64,000 bases of DNA from Mobula hypostoma (taxonomy: Eukaryota). Positions within the stretch are counted from its first letter, which is position 1, and the number at the start of each line of letters is the position of its first letter. A program made the translations under genes and the position numbers. Positions 13,091 through 24,629 of the stretch are shown piece by piece. Below the pieces are notes generated by a model. The model did no database searches and was not told the DNA's origin. It saw only the letters and a program-made list of their open reading frames with translations. Location of the stretch: NCBI RefSeq assembly GCF_963921235.1, contig NC_086097.1, positions 171,122,001 to 171,186,000 of the forward strand, given 5' to 3'.

Positions 13091-13164
13091 TCCCCTTGGC
13101 TGCTCTTACTACACTTCCATGCCTCCTAGGTGTTCTGGTGTCTCTCAGATGACATGGTTGGCAG

Positions 13165-13410
13165 AGGCTCTCTTGGGTGAACATAAAAGGCCTTGCAACT
13201 CTGTTTTGAAGAAGCAGGGGATTTCTTACACAGTCTTCAGGCTGATTATCTGAAGACAGATCACTGCTGATGAGAATATTGTGTAGTAATTGGCAGCCAT
13301 GTTTTCCACATTACAAACATGACTGCAATTCCAATATATGCAGGGACAGGAAAAGTGTTCTGGAGATTCCTGTTGCCCTTAAGGGTGTGTTACAGCTGCA
13401 ATTCTTTACT
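13165..13410 (+). mobile_element. Deu-domain SINE remnant (SacSINE1/AmnSINE1-like), 3' half
   Basis: TTTGAAGAAGCAGGGGA.., AATTGGCAGCCATGTTTTCCACATTACAA.. and terminal ..TGCAATTCTTT resemble the DeuSINE consensus as I recall it. Confidence 0.55.
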
Positions 13411-13448
13411 ACTGCTACGTCGACTCAGGCCTAGGGGACCGGCATCGG
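13411..13448 (-). mobile_element. 38-bp LINE 3'-tip insertion with TSD
   Basis: Flanked by GCAATTCTTTACT (13398-13410) and GCAATTTCTTTACT (13449-13462). CpG-rich; (AGT)n-like tail on the minus strand. Confidence 0.6.
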
Positions 13449-15029
13449 GCAATTTCTTTACTGTGTTTTAAGGTAAGGATTTGGAACAGGATAATATGAT
13501 CCAGCTCTTTAGATCTGTTTTGCCATGCATAACATCAGCTTCATTTTCTCACACTATCTCCAAATTCCTTACTTTCTTTAAGATCCAGATATTTTTCAAT
13601 TTTTTCCCCTTAAGAACTCCACGACAGAATCTCCATTGCTTTCAGAGTGGAGAATTCCAAAAATTCACCAACCACTGAGGGAAGAAATTTGGCCTCTTCT
13701 GAGTTGGAAACGGCTGAATCTTTATTCCGAGACTCTGAACCCTGGACCCAATCTCTTCAGCTAAAGAAGCACCCTCCTTGCATCCTGCAAGTTGACCCCC
13801 ATAAGAATTTTGAAAGCTGCAATGAGACAAACTTATGCTCGTCCTGTTTATAATGAGCACATTATTTACATTATTTCCTACCAAGTAATCAATTTTCATT
13901 CAGCCTGCTCTGCACTTCGCTCTGGAGGAAATTATTTATAGCTTATTAATAAATTACCGCATCAACATCTCTGTTTCCTCAGTGCTATCCCTGAGGTCAT
14001 GCTGTGCATGACTAACTGAATGAACTGGGAGATATAAATAAATGTTTGGGACGGACGCTTCACTAAGCTATTTTAGCCAATTGATAATCTCTGTGGCAAA
14101 CAATAGGATCCATCACTGTACATAGAGAAATACAGTTGCTCCTGCTACTTTGAGACAAATATGCAAGTCACTACAGCCTGATCCAAAAAGAGACAATTTT
14201 GTGTCCTGCTATATCTATCACCAATGGAGCAGAAAATTATTTGTCAGAGTATCCTGAAATGACCTTAGCTTATTATCCCTTGCCTGGGATTCATTCACAG
14301 TCCAGAACAGAACTTATAAACATTTCCCGTTTCTTCAGTTCTTGCAAAGACACAAGGAAATCTTCCTTGCTTTTGAATCTGCTAGGCTCCTGTAGAGCAT
14401 GCAAGTGCCTGTGCTAGAGATTTAAATTGGTAATTTGGTTTATTATTGTCACATACACTGAGATACAGTGATAAACTTTGTTTTGCATGCCATCCATGTA
14501 GGTCATTTCATTGCATCAGTACATGGGAAAGACAGTAACAGAATGCAGAATGACATGTTACAGTCACAGAGAAAGTGCAATGCAGGCAGAAAATAAGGTG
14601 CGAGGGCATGATGAGGTAAATTGTGAGGTCAAGAATCGTCTCGTAATAATGGAACAGACAAGGTTGAATCCCTGTCAATTACGTTAGAGGGGAAACCATG
14701 ATTTAGTATGGCACCTTGGAGGTTTGGAATTGAAGGTGGCATCATTAGAATAGATACATTAGGATAAGAAAACTGGGAGAATGGAATTGGGTCTTTACCG
14801 GAAATGTGGAGGAGGAAATGTAAGCAAAGTAACTGTAGTTATCTAAGGACTAGTTGTAACCCTCTTGTAATTGAGAAAGAACAGACAATGAAGATAAGGG
14901 ACGTTTTTTTCTCTGTACCTCAGTACATATGACAAAGATAAACCTATTTATCAATTTTATCTACACTCCTCCTCTGACCCGCTCTCCTCCCACCCATACC
15001 AACGACAGGATTCCGCTCACCCTACCAGT

Positions 15030-15705
15030 TCTAAGTTCCTAGGGTGTAAATATCACGAACAATTTGTCCTGGTCCAGCCTTATAGATGCACAGTTGAGAA
15101 AGTAGACCAGTGCCTCTACTTCCTCAGAAGTCTAAGGAAATTTGGCATGTCCCTGGTGACTTTTATTAATTTTTACTATAGAAGGCCTTCTAACCAGATG
15201 CATTACAGCTTGGTAATTGGCAAGAGTTGTGAACAGAGCCTATCACAGTCTATCACACAAATCAGCCGCTCCTCCATTCAGTCTGTCTGAACTTTCACTG
15301 CCTTGGGAAAGCAACATAGTCATAGATCCCTCTCACCCCACTCATTCTCTGTCTCCCCTCTCCCGTTGGGCAGAATATACAAAAAAGCATCGGGCTCTAT
15401 CAGAAGGACAGCTTGTAACCTGATGTGTGAGACTATTGAATGGATCTCTCACATGCTAAAAGCTGAACCCTTGATAGCTCAATCTACCTCGTGTGGGCCC
15501 TTGGACTTTCTTTTTGTCTTTCTGCACTGTACTTTCTACATAAGTGCAGATTTAAATTCTGCTTCTCTTTCTACTATCTTGAGTTATTGATAATAAATCT
15601 GTTTCTGATTCTTATGTACTTATTTAAGATATGATTTGTCATGATAGCACACATGCAAAAGCTTTTCCTGTATCTCGGTATATCGGATAATAATAAACTA
15701 ATACT
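15030..15705 (+). mobile_element. Rex1/Babar 3' fragment, decayed
   Basis: KFLG..I.NNLSWS, LYFLRSLRKFGMS and DPSHP.HSL remnants; AATAATAAAC tail. Confidence 0.75.
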
Positions 15706-16103
15706 AAATTCACTTTCAATATAGATCATCAAGCGCAGTACGTTCTAAAAACATATGAACACTAAAGCACAGTAAAGGCCCTTCTGCCCACGATGTTTTG
15801 CTGACCTATATAAACCTACTCTATAATCAATCTAAACCTTCCCACCTACACAGACCGTAACCTTCCATATTTCTTACATCCATGTGTCTACCTAAGGGTC
15901 TCTTAAAGGTCCCTATTGTATCAGCCTTTACCATCACTTCTGGCGTGCGTTCCAGCCACCTACCACTCTCTGTTTAAAAAGAACTATCTCTCAAATGGTT
16001 GAGATGGTTCCATTTATGATCAGAGAATGTATACAGTATATATCCTGAAATACTTAGTCTCTGCAGCCATCCATGAAAAACAGAACTCCAAAAGAATCGA
16101 CAT

Positions 16104-16192
16104 GGAATTGCTCGGTAGCGTGAAGGTGCCGGTGCGGTCTGACACACGGCCGTGGGCGGGTGAATATTTCTCTTTTTTTTAAAAAAAAAAAA
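16104..16192 (+). pseudogene. Retrocopy of an unidentified ~77-nt RNA (or short SINE) with poly(A) tail
   Basis: Perfect 14-bp TSD AAAAGAATCGACAT (16090-16103, 16193-16206). Body ends in T8 followed by an A-run; 7 CpGs. Confidence 0.85.
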
Positions 16193-17124
16193 AAAAGAAT
16201 CGACATAAAAATATTAGAACTCCAAAGCCCCCTCTCCCCTTCCCCCGTGCCAGCAAAGGATCAATACATCAACCTCCTTCCTCCCCCCAATCATTTCAGC
16301 AAAAAAACACCAGTGTCCACCACTCATCAAGCAATAACAAAACCCCCAAAGAGGGACCATGATCTGCAGTCAACAAAATACTATAGTTTACGCAATAGTT
16401 CAACATGCCTCAGGTTCTCTCTCACTAACAAGATACAGAGAAATGTCACCCATTTCACAGCAAAAGAGAAACTAACAGTCGCTGCGATGGTGTTACCGTC
16501 TGCCACGTTGTATTTTATTCTGAGATTCTCTGACTCAAGAATTATCAGCAAACTCTCCCCACCATCGAGAGAAAGAGAGAGAGAGTACGATCACTCGCGT
16601 ACAGAGACAGCCATCCACACATCCGCCGCAGCGAAGTCGTGATGGTCCTTCTCCCGCGACGCCTCAGGCAGCAACATTGGCCTGGAATTGGTCATCTACA
16701 GGGCTGCACCTGGAGGTGCCATCTTCCAAGCCGTGTCTGGGGAATGTTGGAAAATGGCCGGCCAGTGAGGTCCAGAAGCGGGAACTTATCTGTGTGAGAA
16801 ACTGCAGTATTGAGTGCCACTGCCGATCAGGCACCTCAGTAGAACCCTAGCCACCCTGAAAAGGAACAAAAAGAGATATTAAGTAGAAGAATTTAAGCTG
16901 TTTCTGCAGATGAGCTCAAAGAGGCAGCTGCTTGCCCACTCTGATATCTCCCTTAAACTTTTTTCTACTCACATTTAAGTTATGTCCTTTGGTATTAGTT
17001 AGTGCTGACCTGAGAAAAAAGTGCTGGCTGTCCATTCTGTCTTTGGTCCTCCTAATTTTACAGAATGCATCTGTATCATCTCTTGTCTCATCCTCCTTCA
17101 CACCAAAGAGGAAACAACTGGATC

Positions 17125-17525
17125 ATCCTCATGATATACCAAAAAACATGTTTCACATCTCCTTCCAACACCACCAACCATTCCCCTTCTTATCATGGTT
17201 TCTTAAACATCACCATAAAACGTACCCCTATACTTCTTCCCATTCCACCATCTGAGAAAACAACACCTCTTCCAGGTGAAGCAAAGATTCACTTGCTTAA
17301 ATCGGCACCTTACAATGTGATCTTGACTACTTTGGTGAAAATAAGCAAAATGAGATTGGGTGGCAGCTCTATTCAGTTTCCATTTCAATTTAAATGCCAT
17401 TTAAATTGTCTGTCCCTCTTGCATTGTGACTTACCAAAGAAAGTCAACAGAAGCTAGAAGAATAACATCATGTCTCCTACTTCAATCCAATGCAATTTTC
17501 AGGAGTCAACATTGAATTCAACCAC
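17125..17525 (+). mobile_element. Old Penelope-like GIY-YIG fragment
   Basis: FQVKQRFTC, YFGE, RKLEE*H and VNIEFN remnants matching the other GIY-YIG pieces. Confidence 0.55.
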
Positions 17526-17535
17526 TACAGAGAAT

Positions 17536-17765
17536 CACAAACAAGAAAAAATCTGCAGATGCTGGAAATCCAAGCAATATACACAAAATTCTGGTGGAGT
17601 TCAGCAGGCCAGGCAATATCTATGGAAAAGAGTAAAGAGACAATGTTTCGGCCAAGACCCTTTGTCGAGACTTGATGAAGTTTCTCAACCTGAAACGTTG
17701 ATGGTTAACTCTTTTCCATAGATGCTGCCTGGCCTGCTGAGTTCCTTCAGCATCTTGCATGTGTT
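17536..17765. repeat. Inverted pair of Penelope terminal repeats with two opposed hammerhead relics
   Basis: CAGCAGGCCAGGCAATATCTATGGAAAAGAGT is the near reverse complement of ACTCTTTTCCATAGATGCTGCCTGGCCTGCTG; symmetry centre ~17670. Confidence 0.85.
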
Positions 17766-17872
17766 CACTTCAGAGAATTGCCATTCACATTTCCAGCATT
17801 CAATATTTCCTTGTTATCCTCTTCTGATGCTCAAGGTATAATCAATCTCCCCTTGTTTACGCCTCACTCAAA

Positions 17873-17937
17873 CGGGCGGCACAGTAGCCCAGATGGCAGA
17901 GCCTCTGCCTCACAGTGCCAGAGACCTGAATTCAATC
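17873..17937 (+). mobile_element. tRNA-derived SINE head (HE1-like)
   Basis: GGGCGGCACAGTAGCCCAGATGG..GCCTCACAGTGCCAGAGACCTGAATTCAATC with degenerate A and B boxes. Confidence 0.7.
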
Positions 17938-18269
17938 ACATTATTTCATCACATCAATGCATGCATTGAAGCAGTACAAGGAAAAAAAAAACAGTAAGAG
18001 AATGACAATGTAATGTTTCAGTTACAGGGAGTTACATCAGATTTCTAGCATGGTTTTTGCTTTTCAACTAGGTTTTGAAATTCTAAATTTATTTCATTAC
18101 CTGAATTTAAATTCCCAGCAACAATGGTGGGATTTGAACTTGTGCTCTCAGATGAGTAGTTCAACCTTACCGATAATTGCCCATTAAATTAAATGGGCCA
18201 CAGTCAACCCCACAGTTTTGGTTGCTTTTCACCATCATTGCTGCCTGAACTGCTGAACATCTTCAAGAT

Positions 18270-18565
18270 GCAGTGCCTCAAGAAGGTGGCATCTATCATG
18301 AAGGATCATCAACATCCAGGACATGCCTTCTTGTTACTACCATCAGGGAGGAGGTACAGAAACAGATGACCCACGCTCAATGTTTAAAGAACAGTTTCTT
18401 CCCCTCTGCCATCAGATTTCTAAATGGTCCATGATCCTATGTATAAACACTACCTCACTATTCCTCTTTCATTCTATCTATTTATTATTCTGAATTAAAG
18501 TTTTTTGAATTTCTTGCACTGTACTGTTGTCATGAAAAAAACAATTTTCATGACATGTCCCAGTG
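18270..18565 (+). mobile_element. Rex1/Babar 3' end; tail resumes at ~20699
   Basis: LPSGRRYR and FKNSFFPSAIRFLN remnants. The tail CAGTG|...|AAATCTGATTC is split by the CR1 insertion. Confidence 0.75.
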
Positions 18566-20698
18566 GAAAGGGGCCAGTGAGTGAGTGGGCCAGTGAAGGA
18601 GTGGAGCTTTGAGACTTTGACTTGAGAGATTCTGGTAGTTTTGCCAGTTGGTCTGTGCAATCAAGTCAATCAAGATTTGAGTAGATCAGCAGAAAGCTGT
18701 TGATTAGACAATCAAGATTTGAATAGCTCAGACTCAGCAGAAAGCAGCTGATTGGGCAATTGAGGTCAGGTGACCAAGCATTTTGAAAAGTTCAAACAGA
18801 TAAATAGAGGGATAGCTCAAGTAAAGCAGCCTGTGGAAAGTGGTGAGTGAGTGAGTGAGTGAGTGAGTGAAGTGAAGTGAAGTGAAGTGAAGTGAAGTGA
18901 AGTGAAGTGAAGTGAAGTGAAGTGAAGTGAAGTGAAGTGAAGTGAAGTGAAGTGAAGTGAAGTGAAGTGAAGTGAAGTGAAGTGAAGTGAAGTGAAGTGA
19001 AGTGAAGTGAGTGAGTGAGGCGAAGCGAGGCTTTGAGGCTTTGACTTGAGAGGCTTTGAGAGGGAACTTGATGACGGTGAGGACAATATGAGTGAGGTTG
19101 ATGTTCTGGAGCATGTTGATATTAAGAGAGAGAAGGTGTTGGAGTTGTTAAAATACATTAGGTTGGATAAGTCCCTGGGGCCTGATGGAATATTCCCCAG
19201 GCATGAGGCAAGGGAAAAGATTGTTGAGCCTCTGGCTAGGATCTTTATGTCCTTGTTGTCCATGGGAATAGTACTGGAGGATTGGAAGGAGGTGAATGTT
19301 GTCCCCTTGATCAAAAAAAGTAGTAGGGATAGTCCAGGTAATTATATACCAGTGAGCCTTACGTCTGTGATGGGAAAGCTGTTGGAAAAGATTCTTAGGA
19401 ATAGGATCTATGGGTATTTAGAGAATCATGGTCTGATCAGGGACAGTCAGCATGGCTTTGTGAAGGGCAGATCATGTCTAACAAGCCTGATAGAGTTCTT
19501 TGAGGAGGTGACCAGGCATATAGATGAGGTTAGTTCAGTGGATGTGATCTATATGGATTTTAGTAAGGCATTTACAAGGTTCCACACAGTAGGCTTATTC
19601 AGAAAGTTAGAAGGCATGGGATCCAGGGAAGTTTGGCCAGGTGGATTCAGAATTGGCTTGCCTGCAGAAGGCAGAGGATTGTGGTGGAGGGAGTACATTC
19701 AGATTGGAGGATTGTGACTAGCGGTGTCCTACAAGGATCTATTCTGGGACCTCTACTTTTTGTAATTTTTATTAATGACCTGGATGTGGGGGTAGAAGGA
19801 TGGGTTGGCAAGTTTGCAGACGACACAAAGGTTGGTGGTGTTGTAGATAGTGTAGAAGATTCTCGAAGATTGCAGAGAGACATTGATAGGATGCAGAATT
19901 GGGCTGAGAAGTGGCAGATGGAGTTCAACCCGGAGAAGTGTGAGGTGGTACACTTTGGAAGGACAAACTCCAAGGCAGAGTACAAAGTAAATGGCAGGAT
20001 ACTTGGTAGTGTGGAGGAGCAGAGGGATCTGGGGGTACATGTCCACAGATCCCTGAAAGTTGCCTCACAGGTGGATAGGGTAGTTAAGAATGCTTATGGG
20101 GTGTTAGCTTTCTTAAGTTGAGGGATAGAGTATAAGAGTCGCGATGTAATGATGCAGCTCTATAAAACTCTGGTTAGGCCACACTTGGAGTACTGTGTCC
20201 AGTTCTGGTCACCTCACTATAGGAAGGATGTGGAAGTATTGGAAAGAGTACAGAGGAGATTTACCAGGATGCTGCCTGGTTTAGAGAGTATGCATTATGG
20301 TCAGAGATTGAGGGAGCTAGGGCTTTATTCTTTGGAGAGAAGGAGGATGAGAGGAGACATGATAGATGTGTACAAGATAATAAGAGGAATAGATAGAGTG
20401 GATAGCCAGCACCTCTTCCCCAGGGCACCACTGCTCAATACAAGAGGACATGGATTTAAGGTAAGGGGTGGGAAGTTCAAGGGGGATATTAGAGGAAGGT
20501 TTTTTACTCAGAGTGGTTGGTGCATGGAATGCACTGCCTGAGTCAGTGGTGGAGGCAGATACACTAGTGAAGTTTAAGAGACTACTAGACAGGTATATGG
20601 AGGAATTTAAGGTGGGGGTTATATGGGAGGCAGGGTTTGAGGGCCGGCACAACATTGTGGGCCGAAGGGCCTGTACTATGCTGTACTGTTCTATGTTC
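18566..20698 (+). mobile_element. Internally deleted CR1: 5'UTR-like region fused to mid-ORF2, RT and 3'UTR
   Basis: From 19057 it is collinear with the copy at 10887-12530; (TTCTATG) tail. The upstream part has ATTGG (18751), ATAAATA (18800) and GTGA/GAAGT repeats. Confidence 0.9.
18843..19018 (+). repeat. Compound microsatellite (GTGA)n-(AGTGA)29-(GTGA)n
   Basis: 29 perfect AGTGA units at 18866-19010. Confidence 0.99.
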
Positions 20699-21589
20699 TA
20701 AATCTGATTCTTTATTTTTCCATCATTTTCTGTTTTTAATTCAAGGGTGAGGTTCAAATACTCATCTCTGCAAAGAGCATGGTGGAAACTCTCCCTCAAG
20801 TGCCAACGGAGGCTAAGCAGCTGAGTTAATCCCAGGCACATGGGGAAACAAATGTGGTTGGAACATACCCCAAGTTCTATCCCACTATATGAAGGAACAG
20901 ATTAGAAGGGACAATAGGTTCTTCCAATCCCACTTCATCATATCATTAAATGTCTCTCACTGTGAGACAATAAATCTAATTTTCATCTTCACTTGGTCAC
21001 TCATGAACTGTGAAGAAAGGAGTAAATGAGGAAACTGTAGCTATTTAATTGTTCCATTTTTGCTGTTCAGATATTATGCTTGGAAGGAGCTGCTGGATGA
21101 TTGCAAATTTTAATAGCTTCTCTTTTGCAAGGAGCACACATCCACAGAGCATTTTCCAGGTCCTGAGTGAAAATTATTTTGCTTTTTCTCTGTCTAGAAC
21201 ATTTAAGAAACAGTTAAATCTCTTCTGAGTTTCCAGTCTGCGTCAGCTATAGGGTGTCCCTTGCAGGATTTGGCCTGCGATCAAATTAGGCAGCACGGTA
21301 TTGTGTCATGGGCTGGGAGAGAGGGAGGTGAGATACTGCTGGTTCCCTGTAGCTTAGGAATCAAATTCATCATAATCACATTGTTAACTATCACAGAGCA
21401 TGACTCCAGCCATTATAATCAGACCTCGCTGGCATCTAATCAGACACCACACATCTAGTCATTATAGGAAAGAAAACCACATTTTACCCAGTCAATAGAA
21501 GGCACTCACAAACTGCTCTCTGTACTTTAAGAAAGAGAATTGGAGCAGGAATTTCTTGTCTGTTGTACATATTAATGTCTGCCGTTTGG

Positions 21590-21900
21590 ACTCTGCTTCT
21601 GAAAGTAATAGTGCTGTTGCAATCAGATTGGAGTCTAGAACAAGGGAAGTTTTGTTACAATTGTCAGTGGTCATACCTGGAATACTGTGTGCAGTTTTAG
21701 CCCCTTACTTTAGAAAGGATATAGTAGCGTTGGTGGCAGTCCAAAGCAGATTCACCCAGCTAGTTCATTGGGATGAGAGTTGTCTTATCAAGAGAGGCTA
21801 GACTGAGTCTTTATTCATTGGCATATAAAAGAATGAGGAGTGATTTTATTGAAACATACAGTATAAGGTTCTAATGGGGTAAATGGGGGTGGATTTTTTC
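21590..21900 (+). mobile_element. Old CR1 fragment
   Basis: LESRTREVLLQL, PYFRKDIVAL..VQSRFT. Confidence 0.7.
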
Positions 21901-21954
21901 CCAGAAACAAACACTGATGGTATATATGACAATAATAAAATATACCAATACTAA

Positions 21955-22430
21955 TAAAAATGCGTAGGGGCTTCACAAGTCCAGCAGCATCTGTGGAGGG
22001 AAATAAACGGTTGACTTTATAGACCAAAATCCTTCATCAGCACTGGAAAGGAATGAGGCAGAAGCCAGATAAGAATGGGGGAGAGAAAGAGTACAAGCTG
22101 ATAGGTGATAGGTGAGACCTAGACAGGGGGAAGGTGAATGGGGATGATGTAAGAAGCTGGGAGGGGATGGGTGGAAGAGGTAAAGCCCTAAAGGAGAAAG
22201 AATTTAATAGGAGGGTTCAATGGACCCTGAAATAAAGCGGAGGTGGGGAATGAGAGGGAGCTGATGAGCAGATCATGTGGGAGGAGGAGTGAAGAAGAAG
22301 GGGTGAGAGGAACACTAGATACAGTAGAGGGCAGAACACAGAAGGGAGATGTTACTAGAAGTTAGAAAAATCACTAAGGTTGGAGACCACCCAGACAAAA
22401 TATGAGATGTTGCTCCTCCAGCCTGCTTTT
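21955..22430 (-). mobile_element. Penelope-like 3' fragment with hammerhead relic
   Basis: Minus strand: LEEQHLIFCLGGLQP, C/T-rich UTR, then CAGTG-CTGATGA-..-GTC at ~22008-22045. Confidence 0.7.
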
Positions 22431-22589
22431 GCTCTTGGTGTCACTGCATCTCGATTCATGTAACCATGCGACACTGTCATATCAGAATTTTTTTTCCTCA
22501 GCAGTAATGGTGTTCTCGGTGTTGGATTTCTCTCTGAGCCAGAGAGAGCTATAGCTTCAAATCCCAATAGACTTGAAACTATTCTACAG

Positions 22590-23890
22590 AAATCTAGGCC
22601 AAGGTTCCAGCAAGTTCTGAGGCAGTGCAGCATTGCTGAAGGTGCAATCTAACGTTGAATCATTAAACAGAAACCCCAACTACTTTTTGCCAATAGCTGT
22701 AAAAGATCACTTCCCACCAATTAGAAGGACAGCAGTCATTCCAGTGAAGTGACAGAGGAGACTGCAGATGTTGGAGTTTGAAGCAGCAACCAAAATGTGA
22801 GAGGAAATCTTGGGGCAAAGAAGGATAACCTTGTAGAGCTGTATAAAATTATTACAGGCGTAGATAGAGTGAAGCTGCACAGTTTTTCACCCCCCGACAG
22901 ACATGGTGTCATGAACTAGAACCATTTTAAGTGGGAATGAACAGAATTAAAAGGAACCTGAGGGGCAACTTTTTCACAGAGTGGTGGGTATAAAGAATGT
23001 GCTATCAGAGGAAATGGTTGAGGTAGTTAAATTACAATGTTTAACAGGAACTTGGATATGTCCATGGATAGGAAAGGTTTAGAGGGATTTGGTTTCACAT
23101 ACAGACAGTTGGGAATACCTTAGAAGGGCAACTTGGTCAGTATAGACGTGTTGGACTGAGGGGCCCATTTCTGTGCTACATGGTTATCAAACTACAACTC
23201 AGCATCTGTGGAGCGAATTTGATAGTCAACATTTTGGGTCGAGACTCTTTATCTGGACTGAAAGATACGGGGAGGTAAACAGTATTAAGAAGGGAATGGG
23301 TGTGGCAAGTGAGTAGTGGATACATGTGAGAAGAGGTGACTGGCAGGTGGAGGAGGGGAGAGTAGGGATAGTGACAGAGATTTGGAGGTGATGGTTAGTG
23401 GTAATAAAGGGTGGTGGAAGTTGAAGCATGGAACGAAATAAGAGATGGTAATAGTGGGGGAGGGGACCCAGTGGGAAGAATGTGATGGGCTGTTGACTGC
23501 GTGGAGGACGGAAGGGAGCCAAAGTGTTGGGAGTGGTTTGGGATGGGTGCAGGAGCAACTGATTAGATCAAGAGGTGAGAGAAAAGGAAGAGGAGAGTGA
23601 GTAATTCATTTGCATTTGGGGAATTCAATTTTCATGCCACCGGCTGTACCACTCACCCCACTTCTTCCAGTTGTCCTGCCCAGTCTTTAATTCCTCATTT
23701 GGCATTACTTAAAGACAAACAGAAATCTAGTCATTATCACATTGCTGTTTGTGGGACCTAACAGGGGAAATGTGTCTTTTATGTTTGCAATCCTGTTGCG
23801 TACACAATAGACAAATCTAGAATTGCTGTTACTGTGCTTCTAAAGTGCTTGATTGGCTATTAAGTGGTTTGGGATATAGTGAATGGCCGA
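22590..23890 (+). mobile_element. Deu-domain SINE split (22590-22748, 23670-23890) by Penelope and CR1 insertions
   Basis: 5' half AATCTAGGC..CTGAGGCAGTGCAGCATTG..GGTGC..TTAAAC; 3' half GTCATTATCACATTGCTGTTTGTGGGA..TGATTGGCT. Between them lie a CR1 3' end (22820-23190,+) and a Penelope UTR (23198-23650,-). Confidence 0.65.
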
Positions 23891-24629
23891 CTAGGTATTC
23901 ATTTTCATAGATGCTGCCTGACCTGCTGAGTTCCTCCAGCATTTTGTGTGTGTTGCATAGTGAAAACTGCTATTTAAATGTATCATTTTATTGTGCGCTA
24001 AAGTGCCAAAGGGTTCCCTTATGTTTTGAGAAGAGTTTTCATTTGATTGACTGAACTGTCCAACTTCAAAAGCACATTTAGCACCATTTTTTAAGAGTTT
24101 TGGTTGCCATGGAAATACATCAGAGGGAGATTGGGTTGAGTGCAGAGAATTCAAAGTGCAGTGCAAAGAGATGTTTGAAAGAAATCCTTTGTTCTAAATC
24201 CACAAAAGATCCATTAATGGCCAAAGTTGTTGCACAGATGCGGCAAAACCTCAGTAAAAGTGTTATTTCCTGCAAAGAAAAACTTAAAAGAGAATGAAGG
24301 AAACATGGCCGACCCTACGGATCACTGTTGCTGTAAAGGAATCCAATAAGCAAAGTTCTGATGGATTTAGTAGAGTACGGCACATCGTTAACAACGCAGG
24401 AAAGTGTCACTGCTACTGATGAAGGGTCTCAGCCCAAACTATCGACTGTTCATTTCTCTCTATATATGCACCCTGACTTCTAGGTTTCCAGCATCTGCAG
24501 AATCTCATATTTCTCAAAGTTCCAGTGGTAGGTCACTTCAGAGGAGGTTGATTTGATAACTGATGAGGGATAAAAATTAGATTTTCAAGACTCGATCTTC
24601 ATTAAAATAGTGAAATTAGATATTTCATG

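Noticed and set aside
16160..16642. 160-aa ORF
   Set aside because: Starts inside the retrocopy T/A-run and runs through a probable repeat; no motif.
18734..19314. ORFs with (HFTSL)n repeats
   Set aside because: Translation artefact of the (AGTGA)n microsatellite, antisense to CR1.
24103..24116. RFX X-box-like GTTGCCATGGAAAT
   Set aside because: Single imperfect motif with no promoter context; expected by chance in 64 kb.
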